DNA of 38,576 bases from Acutalibacteraceae bacterium (GTDB taxonomy: Bacteria > Bacillota > Clostridia > Oscillospirales > Acutalibacteraceae), in contig JAZUJM010000179.1 in NCBI GenBank assembly GCA_045642785.1, forward strand, positions 1 through 38,576, written 5' to 3'. Each line of letters starts with the position of its first letter. Positions within the stretch are counted from its first letter, which is position 1. Position numbers and translations under genes: made by a program. The notes under the pieces were generated by a model. It was not told where the DNA came from, did not search any database, and was given only the letters and a program-made list of their open reading frames with translations. Positions 29,102-36,575 of this stretch are shown here, piece after piece.

Positions 29102-30469
29102 ATGAAAAAAGCCGTTATACTCTGCGCAGGCAAGGGCGAAAAAATGTGGCCCTACACCAAAATTCGCAGCAAGGTTATGATTCCCGTTTCAAACAAACCG
29201 ATAGTCGCCCATGCGGCAGATACCCTCATTGAGCTCGGATTTGAAAAAATAGTGCTTGTGTGCTCCGGCTTTGAAGATGAAATAAAGAATTATTTCAGGG
29301 ATTATCCTCAGGTTGTAACCGTCACCGACCCTGCCTCCCGCGGCACGGCCTTTTCGCTTCTCAAAGCGGAGGATGAAATCGGCGGCGATGATTTTCTTGC
29401 CCTTTACGGCGACACAATAATTGATATTGATGACTACCGTTCACTTATTTCGGCCTTTGAAGGCAGCCGCCTGCCCTGCGCCCTTGTCAATGAAGTAACC
29501 TTTGACCGCAACATTGACCATGTGGGCTGCACCTTAGACGGTGATGAGATTGATGAAATACTCGGCCACAGCGACGATGTTACCCACTTTTTCGGCGGCT
29601 TCGCTTTTTCCGCCGACATTTTCAATGAGCTTCGCTTTAACTCCGGGCGCTTCACCTCGGTTGATGTGGGCATTATGCCCCACATTGAGGGCTACCTTGA
29701 AATGACCCTCTCCGACATTATGGCACGCGGCGGAAAGGTGCTTGCCGTTGAAGCGAAGAAAGAGATTTTTGACCTTGACAAGCCCTGGCACATTATGCAG
29801 GCCAATGCGGCGATTAACGAGCGCCTCTGCTCGGCACTTACCGAAAATGTGCTTGCCGAGGGTGCCCGCATTGACCCCACCGCCTCGGTCAGCGGCTTTG
29901 TCAAGCTCGGCAAAAACAGCTTTATCGGCCGCAATGTAATAATTGAGGGTAACATAATCGTGGGCGATAACACAAGAATATATAACGGCGCCATAATAAG
30001 CGGCGACACCGTTATCGGCAGCCGCAGCGCCGTAAGAAACGCCTGCTTCATAGCGGAGGGCTCAACAATCGGCGACGACTGCATTGTGAGCCACGCCGCC
30101 GAGCTTGAGGGAGTTCTTTTCCGCAGAGTTTTCCTGTATCATTATATGGAGCTTTACGGAGTTATCGGCGAAAACACCGACCTCGGCGCGGCAACCGTCT
30201 GCGGCACTCTTCGTTTTGACAGCGGTGTTACCGTTCAGCGCTGCCGGGGCAGAAAGGAATTTCCGAAAAATTATTCCGATGCCTCATATCTCGGCGACTA
30301 CTGCCGCACGGGAGTTAACGCAATTCTTATGCCCGGTGTTAAAACCGGAGCTTACAGCATAGTCGGTGCGGGAGTTCTGCTTGACCGCGATGTTCCCGAC
30401 AACACCGTTATCTACAAAAAGCAGGAGCTTGTTGAAAAGCCGTGGAGCAGCGATAAATACGGCTGGTAA
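29102..30469 (+). CDS. Sugar-phosphate nucleotidyltransferase with a C-terminal left-handed beta-helix (archaeal-type GlmU-like)
   Basis: AVILCAGKG...K, GTA, LYGD, DLDKPW, hexapeptide repeats, IGENTDLGAAT...LRFD and LGDYCRTGVNAILMPG. Confidence 0.8.
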   Translation: MKKAVILCAGKGEKMWPYTKIRSKVMIPVSNKPIVAHAADTLIELGFEKIVLVCSGFEDEIKNYFRDYPQVVTVTDPASRGTAFSLLKAEDEIGGDDFLALYGDTIIDIDDYRSLISAFEGSRLPCALVNEVTFDRNIDHVGCTLDGDEIDEILGHSDDVTHFFGGFAFSADIFNELRFNSGRFTSVDVGIMPHIEGYLEMTLSDIMARGGKVLAVEAKKEIFDLDKPWHIMQANAAINERLCSALTENVLAEGARIDPTASVSGFVKLGKNSFIGRNVIIEGNIIVGDNTRIYNGAIISGDTVIGSRSAVRNACFIAEGSTIGDDCIVSHAAELEGVLFRRVFLYHYMELYGVIGENTDLGAATVCGTLRFDSGVTVQRCRGRKEFPKNYSDASYLGDYCRTGVNAILMPGVKTGAYSIVGAGVLLDRDVPDNTVIYKKQELVEKPWSSDKYGW

Positions 30470-30499
30470 GAATAATCCGGCACTCTCAGGGCAAAAATA
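30470..30499 (+). promoter_or_regulatory. Candidate forespore sigma-F-type promoter
   Basis: GAATA-15 nt-GGCAAAAATA, compared with the sigma-F consensus GYATA-15-GGnnAnAHTR. Confidence 0.5.
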
Positions 30500-30513
30500 A
30501 AACCGAAAGATTA

Positions 30514-30548
30514 TATCGGCGGGTCGTAAAGCTTATGGCCCGCCGATA
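30514..30548. other. Strong stem-loop without a U-tract (terminator or 5'-UTR stabiliser)
   Basis: tatcggcgggtcgtaa/ttatggcccgccgata stem with G-U pairs. Confidence 0.55.
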
Positions 30549-30569
30549 ATTCAAAAGGAGATTTTTGCT

Positions 30570-31274
30570 TTGAAAAAAAGAAAAAACAACCGTTATCTGC
30601 TCATAGCCGTTGCGGTCTGCGTGCTTGCCGCCGGGGTGGGCACCTTTACCGCCCTGCGTGAGCTTCCCGAGGCGGGCGCTTCCGCTTCGGCAAAGGAGAA
30701 TGCCGGCGAGGCGTTCACGCTTATCGAGCCCGAACCGTCTGAAGCGGTGGCGGCAAATGACAAGGTGAGCGGAGTACCCGATTTAAGGCCTCACGAAGCT
30801 TACTCAACCGCCGCTGAGCCGGAGAGCGAAAGCGCCGCCGGTTCCGGCACGGTTCTTCCCCTCGGCACAAAAATAACAAAGGATTTCAGCGCCGGGGAGC
30901 TTGTATATTCCGAAACAATGAAAGATTGGCGCACCCACAACGGAATCGACTTCGGCGGCGAAAGCGGCGACACCGTGTTTTCCGCCTGCCGCGGCGAGGT
31001 TGATGATGTTTACACCGATGATTTCTGGGGCACGGTTATTGAAATCAGAATAAGTGATTCCGTAACCGCCCGCTACTGCGGCGTTGAGCCCGGGGTTCCT
31101 GTTGCAAAGGGTGATATGGTTTCCCCCGGTGACGCGATAGCCGTGCTCGGCGAAATTCCCGTTGAGTGTGCCGACGGCAGCCACCTTCACTTTGAAATAA
31201 TCGTTAACGGCGAGCCCGCCGACCCCCTTGCGTTTCTCGGGCTTGACGGTGAAACTGAGAAAACCGAAAACTGA
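30570..31274 (+). CDS. Membrane-anchored M23 peptidase, SpoIIQ-like
   Basis: Basic N-terminus with one TM helix, low-complexity linker, LVYSETMKDWRTHNGID and HLHFE motifs. TTG start after aaggag. Confidence 0.8.
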   Translation: MKKRKNNRYLLIAVAVCVLAAGVGTFTALRELPEAGASASAKENAGEAFTLIEPEPSEAVAANDKVSGVPDLRPHEAYSTAAEPESESAAGSGTVLPLGTKITKDFSAGELVYSETMKDWRTHNGIDFGGESGDTVFSACRGEVDDVYTDDFWGTVIEIRISDSVTARYCGVEPGVPVAKGDMVSPGDAIAVLGEIPVECADGSHLHFEIIVNGEPADPLAFLGLDGETEKTEN

Positions 31275-31283
31275 ACAAAACTC

Positions 31284-31332
31284 AGGGCAGCCTGTGCGGA
31301 TGAAAGAACCTGCACAGGCTGCCCTTTATTTT
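31284..31332. terminator. Terminator between convergent genes
   Basis: Perfect 14-bp stem agggcagcctgtgc/gcacaggctgccct followed by ttatttt. Confidence 0.8.
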
Positions 31333-31346
31333 ACTGTGTATTTAAA

Positions 31347-32291
31347 TCAATAATTGTCATATACCGTCGATTGTTTACCGAAAAGCATTTTGAAGAAAGC
31401 AGCTATTCTGTCAAACAGCCCTGACTTGGAGGTAAGCTTTACAGTATCACTCGCCACCTCTACTCCGTCAATATAAAGTGTTGCTTTAACACTCTCTTCG
31501 CCTTTGTTCGCCGCCCTCAGCTGAACCTTTTCACCGGTGAGTGCAGTATCTGCGGCGAACGCTTCGGAGCTCAGGCTCCATTTTATCTCGGCGTTTCCGG
31601 GAAGAGTCTTACCCGCAGCCGTGTGGAGCACAATTCCGTCACCGTATCTTATTTTATCGGCCGAAGGCTCTTTTATTTCGAAATAGGGATTATCATCCCA
31701 GTAATCGCCCTCAAGGCAGCCAAATGAATAAGCATATCCGACTGCGTTGATATTATCGCCCATCATATTGTTAACGGAAAAAATAAGTGAACCATCCCTC
31801 CACAGCGCCAAAAGGAGCGCATACTCCAGCATCTCACTTTCCGATACATATGGCGAACTGTAATAATACTCAACCTTCGATGTCTCCGGCAGAATTATAA
31901 AAAACATAACATAGCTGTAACCGGCTTTGAATCTGTCGCCTTCGGAAAGTACATTAACGGTATCTTCGTCCGGTTTCACTTCGACCCAAATATACCCGTA
32001 TTTTTTAAAATTTGCAACTGCCGTTTTCAAATCAAAATTTACATTTTCTTCGAATTCTCCGAAATCCAGATCATCATAGTCTTCTCCGAATTTTTTGACC
32101 TCGTTTTCAGTTCCGAATCTGAAAAAATTATTTGCCATTTTTGCATCATACAGCACTTTTGCCCTTGACTTGGGAGCTGTACAGGTTACATTGATCCTGG
32201 CGGCTCCTGTAAAATCATCCGCAGCAAAAGCTGCTGCCGAGCATGAGAGCGCCATTATCAGCGCAAGGATCAGAGCGAGTGTTTTTTTCAT
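31347..32291 (-). CDS. Secreted hypothetical protein with a C-terminal beta-rich (Ig-like?) domain and an amphipathic tail
   Basis: Signal peptide MKKTLALILALIMALSCSAAAFA. ATG at 32291 after aaggagg. Ends SKSGLFDRIAAFFKMLFGKQSTVYDNY. Confidence 0.8.
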   Translation of the reverse strand: MKKTLALILALIMALSCSAAAFAADDFTGAARINVTCTAPKSRAKVLYDAKMANNFFRFGTENEVKKFGEDYDDLDFGEFEENVNFDLKTAVANFKKYGYIWVEVKPDEDTVNVLSEGDRFKAGYSYVMFFIILPETSKVEYYYSSPYVSESEMLEYALLLALWRDGSLIFSVNNMMGDNINAVGYAYSFGCLEGDYWDDNPYFEIKEPSADKIRYGDGIVLHTAAGKTLPGNAEIKWSLSSEAFAADTALTGEKVQLRAANKGEESVKATLYIDGVEVASDTVKLTSKSGLFDRIAAFFKMLFGKQSTVYDNY

Positions 32292-32315
32292 AATAATTCC
32301 TCCTTTTTTGTGGAA

Positions 32316-32383
32316 ATTATATTTCATGTTTTTGCCGTTTTCAATAGCTCCGGCCCGAGCGCGGGCTTTATGTGCCCGAGCGC
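32316..32383 (-). promoter_or_regulatory. Promoter with an upstream 10-bp direct repeat (candidate LytTR site)
   Basis: TTGAAA-17-TATAAT (32344-32316). gcccgagcgc occurs at 32353 and 32374. Confidence 0.7.
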
Positions 32384-32434
32384 TGAAGGGCTCTGAAAAA
32401 AGCAGAACATCTTGCGTGAAAACATCATTTTTTG

Positions 32435-32462
32435 TTGACTCTCAGGCAATATTTGGTATAAT
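32435..32462 (+). promoter_or_regulatory. Sigma-A promoter of the LRR-protein/LytTR/kinase operon
   Basis: TTGACT-16-TATAAT with a TG extension. Confidence 0.7.
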
Positions 32463-32492
32463 TAACAAAAAAGCAAATTGGAGAGGATCAAA

Positions 32493-35400
32493 ATGAAAAG
32501 CTTTACCCGCAAGGCCTTTGCACTTTTTCTTTGCCTCATGCTGCTTTTCCCTTCTGCCCTTTCGGCCGTACCGCAGGCGGCAGCTTACGATATTGACCCC
32601 TACAGAGGTCTCACCGGCAAAACCTCATGGAGCATCGATGAAAACGGAAAGCTCACCGTTTCCGGCACGGGCCCCATCGAATACCGTGTGAAGGATTCCC
32701 GCTACGAATACAAGTGCTCCCCCTTGTGGGAAAGCAGGCTCAGCGATATAACCTCCGCCGTTATCGAGCCGGGAATAACCGAAATATCCGACAGTGCTTT
32801 TTATAATTGTATCAATCTTAAAAGCATCTCCATTCCGGATACCGTCACCTCTGTCAGCTACGATGCATTCCGCAGCTGCACTGCTCTCACCTCGGTCTTC
32901 ATCCCCTCCGGAGTTGAGGAGATCAATTCAACGGCATTTGACGGCTGCACCGGATTAAAGGAAATAACCGTTGATCCCGCCAACACCGCCTATTCGAGCG
33001 ATGAGAGCGGAGTGCTTTTCAACAAGGATAAAACAGAGCTGATCCTTTTCCCCGCGGCAAGCGAAACAAAAGAATACTCCGTTCCGTCAACTGTCAGGAC
33101 CATAGCGGATTATGCCTTTTACTCCTGCACCGGGTTAAAAAGCGTCACGGTGCCGAACGGAGTTAATAACATCGGCATTTCCGCCTTTCAGGACTGCTCC
33201 TCGCTTGAAAGCATCAGCCTCCCGGATTCGGTCGCCGAGCTTGCCACCTGCGCCTTCTGCGGCTGCTCCGCACTGGCTGAGTTTGCCGTGCCGGCAGAAA
33301 CGGCATATGTGCCGAATTACCTTTTGATGAACTGCACCTCACTCAAAAAGGTTACTATCCCTTCGGGAGTGAGCAGTATAAGCAGCGGAGCTTTCATAAA
33401 CTGCAAAAGCCTTGAAACGATCACTGTCGGCAATGCGAACGAAAAGTTTTCCGATAATAACGGAGTGCTTTTCAACAAGGGGCAAACCTCGCTCATCTGT
33501 TACCCGGCGGGCAAGACCGAGCCCGGCTATGTTGTTCCCGAAACAGTGACCTCCATCGGTATCCACGCCTTTGCGGGCTGTGAAGAGCTCAGATTCGTTC
33601 ACATTCCCTCAACCGTAACCTCGATACCCTCTTATTCCACTGAAAACGCCTTTGCGGGCTGTGAGCCCGATTTTATCTGCTCCGATTCGGAAAACTGCGC
33701 CGCAAAAGCCTTTGCCGATGCCTCCGGGATCGATTTTGTTCTTTGCTCCGGCGGCGATCACACCGATGATTTCACGCTTGTTACCCTTTCATTAAATAAC
33801 GGCGCCGATATCGTTCTCCGTGCAGGCGAGCCGGATTCGGCAGTCATCTCCGTTAAGGCGGACGGCATTGCCGCCGACCCCGCCGATTTCACATGGAAAA
33901 GCTCAAACGGTGATGTTGCCTCGATCGGCCCCGACGGAACCGTGACCGCCGTTCACTGCGGGGAAGCCGTTATCACCGCAAGCGGAGAAAAATGCCGTGA
34001 TGCATCGGTCAAAGTCACGGTCAGCCATCTTTATTCATCCGAAACGGTCGACCCCACCTGCAGTGAGGGCGGATACACCTCCTTCACCTGCTCCGACTGC
34101 GGCGATTCATACAACGCCCTTCAGACCGCACCGCTCGGTCACTCATTCGTTGACGGAGTTTGTGAACGCTGCAATGAAAAAACCGATGAAAGAATACTGA
34201 GCGAGGCAAAGGAGACGGCGCTTGAAGCCCTTGAGGAGCTCAGTGCCTCCGCCCGCTCCGATGAAGCAAAGGCAATAATCGGCAATGCCCGTGAAGCGGT
34301 GAACTCAGCTGAAAGCGCAGATGAAGCGCAGGCAGCCGCTGTAAGGGCAGCAGCCGATGCCGCCAAAGCAGACAACGATCTTGACTCCGCAAAAGAAAAA
34401 AGAACGGCAGCCCTTGAGGAATTGCTCGGCGGTGCCGTCTCCGACAGTGCAAGGGCGATACTCACCGAAGCGCTCAACGCAATAAACGATGCCTCAAGCC
34501 TTGAAGAGGTGGAAAGGATCAATTCAAAGGCTTTTGCCGATGCCTCCGCCGACGAAAGAGTGCTTGAATATGCCAAAGAGAACGCAGCATCCGAGCTCAA
34601 TGAACAAAAAAGCACCTTCACATCGGAGGATGCAAAGGAAATAATAAACACTGCCGTTGAGGCAATAAACGCCGCCTCCGGCACCAAAGAGGTCGAACAG
34701 CAGCAGAAAAATGCCGCATCGCTTGCACGGCAGGCGGAGGAAGAATTCATCCTTGCAAAGGACAATGCTGTCACTGAGCTCAATGCGCTCGCCTCCACTT
34801 CACTTTCCGATGAGGCAAAGGAGATCGCCGAAAACGCACTTGATGCCGTGAAAAAGGCGGTCAGAACAAGCGAGGTAAACGATATCACCGCAAAGGCGGC
34901 AGCCGATGCGGCGGCGGCAGATGACTGCGGCATCTCCGGCCACAGATATGTTAACGGAGCCTGCCGGGTCTGCGGCCATGTTCAGTACTGGGATTACACG
35001 ATAAACGACGGCAGGGCGGTCATCACCGGCTACACCGGCAATGAGTTTGAGCTGAGGATCCCCGCCGAGCTTCAGGGAGCAAAAGTGGTCGGCGTTGCCG
35101 CCTCGGCATTTGAAAATAACGGCAATCTGTTTTATGTTTATGTTCCCGACAGCGTGACCTATGTTGAAGAAAATGCATTCCGCTCCTGTGCGATCCTTTC
35201 CGAGGTCTGTTTCGGCAGCGGGATATCACGCATCGAAAAGGGTGCGTTTGCGGATTGCTCCATGCTCACCATAGTGTGCATCAACTCCGGAAGCACCGCC
35301 GTTGACCCCGCCGCCTTCACCGGGAACGATAAAAGGCTCACCTTTGCCGCCCCTGCCGGGAGCTCCACCGCCAAAACACTCAAGAATCTCGGAGCCGACT

Positions 35401-35855
35401 GCATCGAATATGAATACCCGGTGATGAGAAAAGAGAGCCCGGTCATCTCCTTCAGCGGCAAAACCGTGCTTTGGCGCGATCTTGATTACAACTACTGGAC
35501 CGAGCTTGTAAAGCTTTTCCCCGATGCGGTCTACCTTCGCTTTGATTCGCTTGAGATAGAGGGCATAGCCCCCGATGCCGCAGGCGACAGCTTTGACAGC
35601 GAGCACTTTGACCCGGATGCGGAAAATCTGACACTCAAAAATATTTATATAAGTATAAAAATAGACGGCGAGACCATCACATTCGACAAGCTCACCGAGA
35701 TGCTGAAAAACGGCTATTCGGAGCTTGTGCTGACCTTTGATGATGACTCCGGCGGAAGCCTTTCACTGCTCCAGCGCATAAGCGACGGGCTTATGAAGGT
35801 TTTTCACGCACTCACCAAGATCATCAACGCCGTTATCCGTGTGTTCAAAAAATAA
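32493..35855 (+). CDS. Large secreted BspA-type LRR surface protein with an Ig-like (Big_2) domain, Cys/His motifs and helical repeats
   Basis: Signal peptide, two LRR_5 blocks (with GVLFNK-x-x-T-x-LI-x-[FY]PA inserts), TWKSSNGDVASI...GTVTAV, PTC...C-x-x-CG motifs and four Ala/Glu repeats of about 61 aa. ATG at 32493. Confidence 0.88.
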   Translation: MKSFTRKAFALFLCLMLLFPSALSAVPQAAAYDIDPYRGLTGKTSWSIDENGKLTVSGTGPIEYRVKDSRYEYKCSPLWESRLSDITSAVIEPGITEISDSAFYNCINLKSISIPDTVTSVSYDAFRSCTALTSVFIPSGVEEINSTAFDGCTGLKEITVDPANTAYSSDESGVLFNKDKTELILFPAASETKEYSVPSTVRTIADYAFYSCTGLKSVTVPNGVNNIGISAFQDCSSLESISLPDSVAELATCAFCGCSALAEFAVPAETAYVPNYLLMNCTSLKKVTIPSGVSSISSGAFINCKSLETITVGNANEKFSDNNGVLFNKGQTSLICYPAGKTEPGYVVPETVTSIGIHAFAGCEELRFVHIPSTVTSIPSYSTENAFAGCEPDFICSDSENCAAKAFADASGIDFVLCSGGDHTDDFTLVTLSLNNGADIVLRAGEPDSAVISVKADGIAADPADFTWKSSNGDVASIGPDGTVTAVHCGEAVITASGEKCRDASVKVTVSHLYSSETVDPTCSEGGYTSFTCSDCGDSYNALQTAPLGHSFVDGVCERCNEKTDERILSEAKETALEALEELSASARSDEAKAIIGNAREAVNSAESADEAQAAAVRAAADAAKADNDLDSAKEKRTAALEELLGGAVSDSARAILTEALNAINDASSLEEVERINSKAFADASADERVLEYAKENAASELNEQKSTFTSEDAKEIINTAVEAINAASGTKEVEQQQKNAASLARQAEEEFILAKDNAVTELNALASTSLSDEAKEIAENALDAVKKAVRTSEVNDITAKAAADAAAADDCGISGHRYVNGACRVCGHVQYWDYTINDGRAVITGYTGNEFELRIPAELQGAKVVGVAASAFENNGNLFYVYVPDSVTYVEENAFRSCAILSEVCFGSGISRIEKGAFADCSMLTIVCINSGSTAVDPAAFTGNDKRLTFAAPAGSSTAKTLKNLGADCIEYEYPVMRKESPVISFSGKTVLWRDLDYNYWTELVKLFPDAVYLRFDSLEIEGIAPDAAGDSFDSEHFDPDAENLTLKNIYISIKIDGETITFDKLTEMLKNGYSELVLTFDDDSGGSLSLLQRISDGLMKVFHALTKIINAVIRVFKK

Positions 35856-35875
35856 CCTTACAAGGGGAAAAGCAG

Positions 35876-36565
35876 ATGAAAATAGCCGTTTGTGACGATG
35901 AGGCCATCGCAAGGGAAGAAATACTCTCGCTTGTTGAGGACTATGTTTCCGCAAAAAATACCGCACTTTCAGCCGAGGCCTTTGCCGATTATTCCGAGCT
36001 TGAGGGGCGGGAGGATGAGTTTGACATTTTTCTTGTTGATTACATGATGCAGGGGCTCGACGGCCTCAGCTTTGCCCATTCCCTGCGTGAAAAATACGGC
36101 GGCAGAAAGGTGATAATCTTCATCACCCAGTTCAGTGAAATAGTATATGACACCTTTGCCGTTCAGGCTCACCGCTTTTTGAAAAAGCCCGTTGAAAAGG
36201 AAAAGCTGTTTGAGGCGCTCGATTCCTTCCTTGATTCCGGCGGCTCATCCGGCAGCATGATAATCCGGTATAACGGCACGGTGACCGCCGTTCGCCTTGA
36301 GGATATCTATTATCTGGAAATATCCCACAAGGAGCTTTATGTTTGCACCGAAAAGGAGCAGATACTCTGCCGGCGCTCCATCACCTCGGTCGAGGAGGAG
36401 CTTTCGGAGCTTGGATTTTTCCGGGTGCACCGCAATTATATCGTGAACATGAAAAATATCCGTTCCTTCAACAACACCGGCATAGAATTGCTCAACGGTG
36501 AAAAAATACCGCTGAGCACAAGAAAACAGCATGAATTCTGCAAAGCCTATTTAAAAATGAATTGA
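35876..36565 (+). CDS. LytTR-family response regulator
   Basis: KIAVCDD receiver domain, phospho-Asp in LVDY, KP motif, FFRVHRNYIVN LytTR motif. Confidence 0.95.
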   Translation: MKIAVCDDEAIAREEILSLVEDYVSAKNTALSAEAFADYSELEGREDEFDIFLVDYMMQGLDGLSFAHSLREKYGGRKVIIFITQFSEIVYDTFAVQAHRFLKKPVEKEKLFEALDSFLDSGGSSGSMIIRYNGTVTAVRLEDIYYLEISHKELYVCTEKEQILCRRSITSVEEELSELGFFRVHRNYIVNMKNIRSFNNTGIELLNGEKIPLSTRKQHEFCKAYLKMN

Positions 36566-36575
36566 GGAGTGCAAA

